Positions 1 through 13,182 of a stretch of 64,000 bases of DNA are shown piece after piece. Position numbers and translations under genes: made by a program. This DNA comes from the human T2T-CHM13v2.0 reference genome, Homo sapiens. The notes beneath the pieces are model-generated. The model searched no databases. It was not told where the DNA came from and saw nothing but the letters and a program-made list of their open reading frames with translations. Position 1 is the first letter of the stretch; each line of letters opens with the position of its first letter. The DNA is taken from assembly GCF_009914755.1 (NCBI RefSeq), contig NC_060928.1; one strand, given 5' to 3'.

Positions 1-620
1 TAGATATCTGCAGAACTCTTTACCCAAATTTAACAGAATATACATTCTTATCACCACATGGCACTTTCTCTAAAATTGTTCACATAATTGGAAGTAAAAC
101 AATCCTCAGCAAACACAAAAAACTGAATTCATAACAGTCTCTTAGACTACAGCACACACAAATTAGAACTAAAGATTAAGAAATTCACTAAATCCACACC
201 AACATATGGAAATTGAAAAACCTGCTCCTGAATGACTTTTTGGCAAAGAATAAAATTAAGGCAGAAGTTAATGAGTTCTTTAACTAATGAGAACAAAGGG
301 ACAATGCACCAGAATCTCTGGGACACAGCTAAAGCAGTGTTAGGGAAATCTATAGCACTAGATGCCCACATCAAAAAGCTGGAAAAATCTCAAGTTAATA
401 ACCTAACATCTCAACTAAAAGAACTAGAGAACCAAAAGCAAGCAAACCCCAAAGCTAAATAAAGACAAGAAATAACCAAGATTAGAACTTAACTGAAGGA
501 GATACAGACGTGAAAAATCACTTCAAAATTCAATGAATCCAGGAGCTCATTTTTTGAAAAAGCTAATAAAATAGATACACCACTAGCTAGACTAATAAAG
601 AAGAAAAGAGAAAAGAATTA
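1..620 (+). mobile_element. L1 (older L1PA) ORF2 fragment, end of endonuclease and following region
   Basis: ORF 232..462 reads [40 protein letters not shown], typical of L1 ORF2p; frames are interrupted. Confidence 0.9.
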
Positions 621-679
621 AAAAAAATTAAAAACCAACGAACCAAACAAAGAAAACAGCATTATTACTGGAGATAATT

Positions 680-1890
<1,211 letters not shown>

Positions 1891-2472
1891 TATGTGTTCT
1901 TTTGGGAAAACCAAAATCATTTTTAGCTGAAATGGAAAATAATTAAAAAGAAGAAAAATGTGTACATCAGTGAAGTAAATATTCTACTGTATTTTGCTCC
2001 TCTAGAACCAAAGTCTTTTAGAGTTTTCTAATCTTTTCTCAAATTTTTGTTTAGCCCTCCCCCCCAAGAAATATAAAGCATCCTGGGAAATATTTCAATA
2101 TAACCAGCAATAATAAAACTATCAAAAAAGGATTTTCTGAAGATTCTTCTAAAATTTATGACAGATATAAGAATGATGACCATCTTATTTTAATAGAAAT
2201 GGAATAAAATTGAGACTAACAATCAGTAGTTTTCAATGATCTGTGGTGTAGTCAGTAGGCTAATTAAAGAAAGAATCAAATAAAATCTCTGTATTAATGC
2301 TGAATATTTCAGTTTATTACTGGTATTAGAAAAGTTGGCTGTTCAACTCTTAAACATTATACTCACTTAAGCAAGAAGAGCTACAACATTTTCTAAAATA
2401 AAAACTTACTATACTAAACATATATGTGCTGTTCTATATATGACAATTTTTATTCTATTTTGTGATACTTAC

Positions 2473-3225
2473 GTTAAAAATAAAGAGTTTCTTAATTCTT
2501 TCCTGAAAAACTGTCCCAAAAACTGTTCCAAAATCCAAAAGTTAAAATCGTGGAGCCACAAGTTAAAAAAGATGGACAGCATTGTATTTTTTACTCTTTC
2601 CAGAAAGGTCTTTATGTCCGTTAGTCCTGTCATAGGCACAGATACATAGGAAGGTGGAGGTGGAAGTTTCCCAGAGCTTCACTCAATATTGCCACCTACA
2701 GAAGCTCTAAGTTTGAGCACAAAAGGAACTGCAAGCAACTCAGCAATAAACTCCCCACAGGGAATGGCAGAGTCTATAAGCACTACAGTTTAGTTGGGTT
2801 CCTCTTGCATCTTCAAGAGTGTCTGATTGTAGGCAAAACTCTCACACAGAGTTTTAAAAATTTCTCTAGATTCAGAAAAATTATTCAGTTCTTTTGCTGA
2901 CTGCCAGGAGGTCAAGCTTGACAAGACATTCAGGACTAGGTCCAGAAATTCATTATGTACATTGTCAAAATTCACTTTGTCATGTGGCACTTGGACCACC
3001 TCAAAGTTCAATGCAGAAGTCTTCCCATAGTCAATGAAAAAGCCTGTGTGTGTGAGTCAACACTGTTACCTGGTGACCCCTCTCTATGAGTTCCTCCAAA
3101 ATATTGTTGACATTAAGCCAATGGCTGATGTTACAGTGCTGCCCCAGTACCTTCTCACAGAATCCACAGCCAGCACAGCAGAGCTGAGGTAGCAGAATTG
3201 TGAAAACCCACTTCTCAGACACCAT
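2473..3225 (-). pseudogene. UGT2A3-like UDP-glucuronosyltransferase pseudogene, exon 1 (signal peptide plus substrate-binding domain)
   Basis: ATG at 3225 gives MVSEKWVFTILLPQLCCAGCGFCEKVL..SHWLNV..LEELIERGHQVTVLTH. A net +1 frameshift near 3040-3055 is followed by IDYGKTSALNFEVV..WQSAKELN..CESFAYNQTL..N*(2790-2792)..LIDSAIPCGEFIAELLAVPFVLKLRASVGGNIE*(2679-2681)SSGKLPPPPSYVSVPMTGLTD..TFLERVKN. This is collinear with UGT2A3 exon 1. The canonical donor after ..RKEL (~2492) is absent. Confidence 0.93.
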
Positions 3226-3299
3226 GATGTCAGCTACCTCACACACTGCTGTGCAGAGTTTGAGTGTTTACTGAGCAGAGTTAAAATGACAATTTAGGC

Positions 3300-3515
3300 A
3301 AACCAGTTAAAAGTTAATTTTTAAATATTAAAGATTACTAGCTTTTTGTAAGTTTAATATTTTTGGAGGAAATCAAACAGAAATACAATATGTCAGGGAA
3401 AAGTTTAAGCAACTGTCTAGAACTTGGAAACAAAATACCTAAAATAGAGATAATTTTATTACCTAGATTGATGTTAAGAAAAATTAAACAATAACTTTTA
3501 GAGTTAATGTTTTAC
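3300..3515 (-). promoter_or_regulatory. Putative proximal promoter remnant with HNF1-like sites
   Basis: GTTAATTTTTAAA at 3313-3325 (~90 nt upstream of the ATG) and GTTAATGTTTTAC at 3503-3515 resemble GTTAATNATTAAC. Proximal HNF1 sites are established for UGT2 promoters; function here is inferred. Confidence 0.45.
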
Positions 3516-4329
3516 ACACTGAAACATACACACATAAACCAATTGACATCCATTGCCCAATAAGTCCAGGGTTCCAGATGGCTTAGGGGAATACTGTTTC
3601 ACATTACTTGCTCACTTTGACTACCCAATGATTTAATAATAAAAATACATTTCAAGACCTATAAGAACCATTTTGATAAATTATATATATTTAGTACAGG
3701 GTGTTCAGTATTCCAGAGGAAAAATACAGTAAGTTTCATATGGAACAACTAAGAAAAGCCTTAGTAATGCTGTTGACTTATGAGGTGTGACGAAAGGTTT
3801 GGTAGGATTTATACAATGTTGCCAAAGAAGGAATTTCATAATAATTAGAAGAAATAGAAAAGATATTTGGTAATCTTCCCAGTGGGTATGGATCACAGAG
3901 AAAGTTGAGAGCAGAAGCCTACAGAAGAAAGCTAACTTGAAGTAGGAGAACGTAGTCTCTATAATGACAAATTATGGATTTGAATTCTAGTTTTAGGTAA
4001 AAAGATTTACTCAGATTTTAAAGGACGGTCATAAGCTCAAGCTTTTCGCAAGTAATTCTAACAGACAGCCATGAATTGGCATATAAAAGCAAAACTTTAA
4101 AATGACAAAAAGATTAAAAATGTACATTAGTAACCTAAGTATGTCATCCAAATGGCCTGATGAAACATGAACTGATTATAGTAAATGTGAGAAACTGATG
4201 GGACTTGTGATTATTTATTATATCTGAGATCAGAAAAAAAATATAGAAAACTCAGGGTTAGGCAAAAAGGCAGCGTTTTAAGATAGGGAATGAGTAGCAT
4301 TCCTCCATCTACTCAGATATCTATCTTTC

Positions 4330-4742
4330 TGTGAAAGGAAAATAAATTTCAGAGCCCCCAAATCACTAAGTCAAAGTGAACAGCCAAGCTGGGAGCTGTG
4401 TCATGCAAACCTGCCTCCCGTTTTATTCCTAAATAAGACAGCTACAAAAATAACATCTCTAAATACCTCCTTCACAATTTTCTCACTAGGGTCTTCTTTG
4501 GGTGCACCAAGATCTTCACCCTAAAACAGTTCTGTTGAATTTCACCCCAGCAATGTAAATTGAGAGTTAATCTTCACAGGTATGGAACAAAGGACAGAAC
4601 TCAAAGTAATTCCTCTACTCACCTGAGACAAATGTGTAACTTACTGCTTCCTCTGCCTGTTCAATATTAACATGTGTAAAACTGCAGATTCACTTGGCTA
4701 GATGAATGCATAAATGACTATTGCTCTGTCCCACTCTCACAA
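4330..4742 (+). mobile_element. MER4-family ERV1 LTR (partial)
   Basis: Starts tgtgaaaggaaaataaatttcagagcccccaaatcactaag...gcaaacctgcctccc, matching the MER4 5' end. Confidence 0.8.
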
Positions 4743-5117
4743 AAGAAAGATGAGGAAATATAATCAGAAAAGTGTAAGGTCTACTAAAAGATATTAAAAA
4801 TGAAATATAGTATCTCACAAATAAACACAAGTAGCTATAAATTTTATGTTTAGAAACTACACATATAATAATAGATTTTTTAAAAACTCTACTTATTTCC
4901 TATCAAAAACACACATGTAAAATATTAAATTAGAAAACACTTGAAGCAAACTTAAGAAAAATATATCACATATATTTTTCACACACATATGTATCACAAT
5001 ATATCACATATACTTGACACAATTACAGACATTAGAAAATGACTGATTTTAATTCAAAAACATTACCAAAAATTTAAAAAGTAATGAAAAGTAATAACAA
5101 AATATTTAATTCACTAT

Positions 5118-6603
5118 TGATGACAGCTCTCAGCCCGTACGACACAGCCACTGCTGGAGTTGGGAAGTACTGCTGAGGCTGCATGCTCCACGGACTCAGT
5201 AGGAAACAGGAACAGGCAGGAGCCCCATCCTTTTCTGAGTTGGCAGGGTGGTAGCACCGTGCTCCCAGATGCTGCTGCAGCTGCCCAGCTGTGGCTACAG
5301 ACTTGGGCATCCCTGTATTCATGGGGGTTCAGGAAGTCCCCCTGCTCCTGAAAGCTCAGAAGTGCCAGCTCCCGCTGCCTGGCTTCTCCTTACTCCCGGA
5401 ACCCAGTCTGGGGTAGAGCAAAGTTGTGTCCAAGCCTGGGCACTATTGTGATGTGGCTGGACATGTGCATGCTTGGGGCAAGGCTGACACACCAGCCCCA
5501 TGACACCTCAGCCCCCTCCAGACTTTGAGCACAGATGAACACAGGAAGGCAGCTAAATGGGGACTGAGGATGGCTCAGCACCATCCTGCAGGTGCCCCTC
5601 GGTATTAACAGCCTGAGTGCCATAGATGACTTGTTCATGGCACAGGAGACAGACAGACTCCTGGGCGGTAAGAGGCAGATCCCTGATGAAGCCCCATCTT
5701 CAAGCTAGGGGCACCCTAAAGCCTAGGGGCTGATATGTCAGTTGAAGATGAAGGCTGCTGCTGGAAGTAAGAAATTATGGTGCCTTTTCCATGCCCACTC
5801 ATGTTCAGCCCATGGACCAATCGGCAAGCAGTTCCTCCCTTCTGAGCCCATAAAAACCTCCAGATACAGTCAGACTCTAACAGACATTGGGATGACCAGC
5901 CTGTGGAAAGGAGCTACCCACTTAGGGTCTCCTGAGAGCTATTACGTCACTCAATGAAGCTCTTCTCTGCTTTGCTCACCCACCATTTGACTGTGTACCT
6001 AATTCTTCCTGGACATGGGACAAGAACTCAGGAACCACCTAATGGTGGGACTGAAACATCTGTAACACAAACCAGCCTGAAACATGTTCCCTACTTGTCA
6101 TATTGCAGGTGACAAGAAAGAAGAGCTGTAGCTCTTTGGGGAGCCCAGACCTAAGGTCTCCCCAGCCAGGGACGTGACAACCTCTTTGGGGCTCTGCAGT
6201 TCCTGATGTCTCCAAGCTTCCAGGTGCCACCACATTCCCCTCATCCAGATGTGGGTGACTGCAGCAGAAGCTGTGTGCAGTACGTCTGGTCCAGCTGCAG
6301 CTTCACACAGAACTGGTACCTGTGCTGGTGCCTGGAGCTGCCCACCTCTCTGCAACAGCCAACATGCCTGGCTGTGCACAGTGGCTGGACCTTGCACTCA
6401 TTCTTCTACACATGCCTCAGTACTTCATGCCTAGCTTGATGTTGGCAGGTGTGGGATCCAGGCTGGTAGCAAGAGCCAAGCGCAGCCTGCTGGGCCAAGT
6501 GGGTAGAATGAGTCCAGCAGGTGCAAGCAATAGTTAGGCAGAAAGTGCCACCACACACAGAGGGTTCTGGCTGGTGAAGCGATATCCCGAGGATCTCATG
6601 ACA
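5118..6603 (+). mobile_element. MER52A-type ERV1 solo LTR
   Basis: TGA...ACA termini; CpG-decayed GC-rich body (ctgcagctgcccagctgtggct..gggcatccctg); 4-bp TSD ctat/ctag. Confidence 0.85.
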
Positions 6604-7197
6604 CTAGGAAACTATAATAATTTGTTATATGAAGGTAGCTAACATGATCACCTTAAATTCTATAAAGCAGGAATTTTCTCAATTATAAGCAGAATATAAC
6701 AATTACCCATCATCACAGAAATTTTGTCACTGTTCTTTCAGGAACTGATATATCAAATGATGCAGCAAGTGTAGTATATTAATGATTTGAGCAAGAAGAC
6801 TATAACACTGATGATTTAACGGGCATATATAGCCTTTTTTATCCAAGATTTAGAGACGATGTGTTCCTGAGGAAAACATCATTGGTTGGTGAGTAATTAA
6901 CTGATGTTTACTGAGACATGGAAAAAGATGCAAATATATCTGTTAAAAATGTTTCAGCCTTCTAGAATATGAAAATTAAAACAAATAATATAGGTTTACA
7001 TTTAATATCTAGGTTACTAGTGAGAATAAGAAATTAGAAATCATCATATTTACTTCACACACATACACACAATCAAAAACACATTATACACAACCTAAGT
7101 TTGAATGTTTCTGATAATTAAGAATAATACGAATTATCAATCATTTTTCTCATGTAGACTATCCGTTAGGTGGGAGGTAACAAACATGAAAAATCTA

Positions 7198-9595
7198 CAG
7201 GTAAACTTCAGAGATATTAGGGTCTTAGTTCCAGACAATTGCAATATAGTGAACATTGCAATAAACTCAATCACACAAATGGTGTGGTTTCCCAGTACAT
7301 ATAGAAGTTATGTTTACAGTATTAGAGAGTCTATTAAGTGTGCAAATAACATATCTAAAAAATAATGTACACACCTCAATTGAAAACATTTATTGTAAAA
7401 ATGCTAACAATCATCTGATCTTTAAGCCCCGTGGTAATCTTTTTGTTCCTGGAAGATTTTTGCCTCCGTATTAATGGCTGCTGACTAATCAGAAGAGTGG
7501 TTTCTAAAGATTGAGATGGCTGTGGCATTTTCTTAAACTAATGCAATAACATTTGTCACATTGATTGACACTTCCTTTTATGAAAGAGTTCTCTTTAGCA
7601 TGCAATAGTGTCTGACAGCATTTTACCCATAGTAGAACTTCTTTCAGAGTTGAAGTTCATTCTCTCAAACTCTGCTGCTGATTGATCAAGCATGTTTATG
7701 TAACATTCCAAATACTTTGTTGTCATCTCAACAATGTTCAGACCATTTTCACCAGCAGCAAATTTTATCTCAGGAAACCACTTTCTTCTCCAATGCAGAA
7801 GCAAATTCTCATCAATTCAAGTTTCATCATGAGATTGCAACAATTCAGTTACATCTTCAGGCTCTAATCCTAGTTCTAGTACTTTTGCTATTTTCACCAC
7901 ACCTGCAGTTGTTTCTTTAACTGAAGTTTTGAACTCTTCAAAGTCATTCATAGGAATTGTAATAAATAAATCAACTTCTTCAAAACTCCTTTTAATGTTA
8001 TTTTAACCTGGTCTCATAAGTTATGACTACTTCAAATATCTTCTAAAATGGTAAATACTTTACAGAACGTTTTCAATTTACTCAGCCCATATCAATCACA
8101 GGAATTACAATTTAAGATAGCAATATCCTTAAAAAATGTATTTCTTAAATGATAAAACTTGAAAGTCAAAATTATACCTTGATCCATGGGTTGCAAAATA
8201 GATGTAATGTTATCAGGCATGAAAATAACATTAATCTCCTTGTACATTTTGATCACAGCTCTTGCATTAGCATGCGCCTTGTCATTGAGAGGTAAAATTT
8301 TGAAAGGAGTCTTTATTTTCTGAGCAATAGATCTCAATACTGGGCTTAAAATATTCAGTAAATCATGCTATAAACGGAGTGCTGTCATCTAGGCTTTGTC
8401 ATTCTATTTATACAGCAGACACAAAGCAGATTTATCATAATTCTCAAGGGCTGTTAGATTTCCTGATAAATAAACATTGTCTTCAACTTAAAGTCACCAG
8501 TTGAATTACACACTAACAAAAGAGTCAGCCTGTGCTTTAAAGCTTTAAAGCCAGGCATTGACTTCTTATCTTTCACTATTAAAGACTCAAGTGACATATT
8601 TTTTCAATAAAGGGCAATTTTGTCTACGTTGAAAATCTGTGGTTTGGTGTGTTAATCTTCACCAATTATCTTGGCTAGATTGTTTGGATAATTTTCTGCA
8701 ATTTCTACATCAGCACCTGCTGCTTTACTTTGCACTTTTTTGTTATGGTGATAGCTTCTTTTACTAAGTTTCATGAGCCAATGTCTGCTAGCTTCCAACT
8801 TTTTTTCTGCAGCTTCCTCAACATAGTTCAGGCTTCACATATTCAAAAGAGCTAGAGTCTTTCTCTGGATTAGGCTTTGGTTTAAGGAATGTTTGTGGCT
8901 GCTTTGATCTATCTAGATTAAATTTTCTTCACGTCAGCGATAATGCAGATTAACTTCTTGCCATTTGTACATTCACTGGAGTAATACTTGTAATTTCTTT
9001 CAATAACTTTTTGTTTCTGTATTCACAACTAGGTTAACTGCTGCAAGAGGCCTAGATTTCAGCCTATCTCAGCTTTCAACATGCCTTCCTCACTTATCTT
9101 AATAATTTCCAACTTTTGATTTAAAGTGAAACACGTGGTACTCTCTCTTTCACTTGAACACTTAGAGAGCTTTGTAAGATTATTAACTGGTTTAATTTTA
9201 ACGTTGTCGTTTCTCAGGAATAGGCCAGAGGAGAGGGAGAGAGATGGGAAAAAGTGGTTCATGGGGCACTCAGTAGACAAATAATATGTAATAAGTTTGA
9301 TATCTTATATGGGCATAATTTGTGACACCCACAAACAATTACAATAGTAATATGAAAAATCACTGATCACAGCTCAACATAAGGAATATAGCAATGATGA
9401 AAAAGATTAAAGCTTTATGAAAATTAGCAAAATGTGTCACAAAGATATAAATTGATGATTTGCTGTTGGAAAAATCATGTTAATAGATTTGTTTGATTAT
9501 AAGATTGCCACAAACCCTCAACTTATGAGAAAAAAAAAAACCCAAATATCTGCAAAGCATGATAAAACAAAGTGCAATAAAATAAGGTATGCTTA
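7198..9595 (-). mobile_element. Tigger1 (TcMar-Tigger DNA transposon), essentially full length, decayed transposase
   Basis: TA then caggtaaacttcagagatatt on the left and aataaggtatgctta on the right; ~2.4 kb; minus ORF pieces LNQKLEIIKISEEGMLKAEIG, FMPDNITSILQPMDQGIILTFK, AAEFERMNFNSERSSTMGKMLS. Confidence 0.92.
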
Positions 9596-10649
9596 TCCTA
9601 TGAAGCATATTATAATGCATCATGTTTCTGGTGCAGAGTCATCAGAAAACCAGAGAACATAATTATCCCTCTATGGAGCAATCAGAAAAAGCTGGTGTGA
9701 CAGATAACATACAGGGTAAGACAAAAGCTTTGGCAGGATCTAGGCAGAGTGTGGCTAACGGAAAGAATTCACAGTGAGTAGAATGAGAAAAGGTCATGGT
9801 ATTTAGAAAGCATTCCAGTAAGTATGAATTTTAGATTAAATTGTGTGCCAGAGATTATTTTTAAAAATTGGTTGAAATTGGAGACCTTACATAGCTTTGT
9901 ACAGTACATATGGGGTTTTATTTTAATTTACAGGAAAAATAACCAAGTATTTAAGAAAGCCAGTCAAAATGTCAAGTGTTTGTTTGTTTGTTTGTTTTGT
10001 TTTAAGCAATCAACTCTTGTTGCCAAACACAGATTGACAAGTAAAGTCAAGAGCTCACATGTAGGAAAAATGATTAAAATGTATATTAGTAGGCTAAGTA
10101 TGAGACCATAAGGGCTGGGGCTTGTCTTGATAATAGTAAATGTGAAGAACAGAGATTAAATTTGTGAATACTGACTGCATCTGAGACTAGAAGAAATGCA
10201 CAAAAGCAAAGGCACTGATGTGGTTTCTACATGAATGATCAAAACACAGATAATGATATTAGGTAAAGTATGATACCAAACATGAATGGCATGTTTGGAA
10301 AAAAAATATGAACCATTTGAAATTTGTGTTCCTTCAGAGCTTAATTTTTTAATAAGTATTTTCCATATAAATAATTATAAATTTTTGGAGACTCATTTTT
10401 TGGGCAACGTGATATAGTTTCAAGATATGGGTTAGACAATAGATTATCTACTCAGGTATCTATGCACCTGCCATTTTTTCACATTACACATTCAATGCAC
10501 AATTTATAGCACTTACCTAATCCATTCGTTGATGAGACATGTAAGAGAGCAAAAAACATTATGATGTAGTCCCTGTGCTCAAGCAGCTCACATGTTTATA
10601 TTTAAACAAGTTGACTAACATTTATGTTTATATTAAAGAAAGGGCTCCA

Positions 10650-11013
<364 letters not shown>

Positions 11014-12627
11014 TTAGTACAGAAAGCCAAACACATTTAATTCTTTCAGATAAAGCTATGCTTCAGCTGTGACATGTCTCTTAAGTGCTTAGAAAGTCAA
11101 AGGAATGCTATTTAAAACCCAAACCAACTTTAATAGCTTCTCCTTGCTAAGAAGAGAACCATAAGCAAATTGGGAGATATAGTCATTGATGGAATTTTTG
11201 AGAGAGGGTGAAAGGATCAGAGATTTTATAGTTTCTGGTAATTTTTTTTTTCTTTGTTGTTGTTTTTGTTGGATACAACAAATGTGTCAGAGTCTCAGGG
11301 TAATTTATTTAGCAGAACCTATTTGAGAGGAAGATTTATAATTAGCAGTTGGATAATTTTTTCTTTCATAAATAGGCAAGATTGTAATAGAGTTTCTTGT
11401 AGCAATTGAGACAATGAATGGCACTCCAGAGGAAAAGAAAAAAATGCAAAAAAATAGTAATAAAGGAAATTTCTTAGAAGAAACTGAATTAAAAACTCTT
11501 TGAAAGGAAATATTATTTTCAAGCTGTATACAAAGCTCAGGCATGCTAGGATTACTGTATGGCTGTATCACTTCTATGAAACACACAAATTGGATTAAAA
11601 AGTTTATTCATAATAGCAAAAGACAAATGTCCTGTGGGAAGATTATATTTGCAATATATATGCCAAATAAAGATGAATTTTGCTTATGCTAGAAACTTGA
11701 CCCTATCCAGAGAGGCCAAGCAGATACTTATATGATCTGGTGGCAGAATATAATTTTTAAAAAATTTTTCTTGGGAGTAAGTTGCCAGTATGTAACAAAT
11801 TTGAGAATGTACTGTTTCCCTGAAAGCTACTAGAAGACACAGGAGAAATGACCATAAAGAGGAAAACACTAGACCTAAAAATTGTACACTCAACTGAGCA
11901 CAATGACAAAGAGATACTGATGACTAAGATAGGCACATAATGCCTGGATAGTAAAGTCTTCACATTAGAGATTGTACGTGGATAATTCTAAGAAAAATAT
12001 TTCTGGAAAACAGAGAATCTTTTCAATAGGTATACATGCACTCCTTAAGGTAAAGTTAAGATTATGATACAGTATGATATAGTATTATGTAAGTAACAAC
12101 ATAATAAAAATTATATAAATAAAAAGCAAAACATGAAGTTGCAGAACAGAAAGGTAGACAAAATACAATATTTGACTCTCCAGTGAATGAATGTACAAAG
12201 ACTATAGAATATAATTACTAATTCCAAAGTAGTGGTGGCTTACAGTAATTAAGAATGAACGCAAAGGTGATGAAAGTTTTAAGGGAAGTAAAACTTAGGT
12301 AAGGGAACATACCTCAATAAATAATGAATAAACTTAATAAATCTTAATAAATCTTAAATAAACTTAAGAAAGACCTGTGACAATATGCTATGTTGTGGAA
12401 AATGGATATGACTATATTTTTATAGTCTGAGAAATTTAACGGTGTTTATCTTTTTGGATCACCCCTTCAATATGCTTTAATTAGTTAAAAATCAATGTGG
12501 ACTCTCACAATAAAACATTATGAATAAATGTTAAAAATATTAGATTTTTAAACCAGAAATTCCATTGTCAGTAACATATTCTAAGATTTAGTTACAATAT
12601 GTACATCAAGAATATTCACTGAACCAT

Positions 12628-13182
12628 TCTGATGGTTAATTTTAGGTGTCGACTTGATTGGATTGAAAAATGCCTAGATAGCTGGTAAAGTAATGTTTCT
12701 GGGTGTGTCTGTGATGGTGTTACCAGAGGAGATTGACATTTGAGTCATTGGACAGGGAGGAGAAGACCCACCCTCAATGTGGGTGGGCATAATCCAATCA
12801 GCTGCCAGCACAGCTAGAACAAAGCAAGCAGAAGGCAATATAAACTGGCATGCTGAGTCTTCTGGCTTTCACCTTTCCGTCACGCCAGATGCTTCCTTCT
12901 ATTCCTCCTGTCCTTGGATATGAGACTCCAGGTTTTTTGGATTTTGGACTCTTGGACTTACACCAGTGGTTTGCCAGGGGCTCTCAGTCCTTCAGCCACA
13001 GACTGAAGGCTGCACTGTCAGCTTTCCTGTCTTTAGGCTTTTGGTCTCAGACTGAGCTATTACTGTCTTCTTTCTTCCCCAGGTCACAGATGGCCTATTG
13101 TGAAACTTCACCTTGTGATTGTGTGTATATATATGTATATATCCTATTAGTTCTTTCTCTCAGGAAAACCCTGAGTAATACA
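12628..13182 (+). mobile_element. 5' LTR (MLT2B-type, probably MLT2B3)
   Basis: gatggttaattttaggtgtcgacttgattggattg...cctattagttc..ccctgagtaataca; collinear with the 3' LTR. Confidence 0.88.

Noticed and set aside
5074-6537. Cluster of overlapping GC-rich ORFs (similar clusters at 34481-35634 and 61063-61648)
   Set aside because: Stop-poor GC-rich LTR or L1 5'UTR sequence; no recognisable protein motif.
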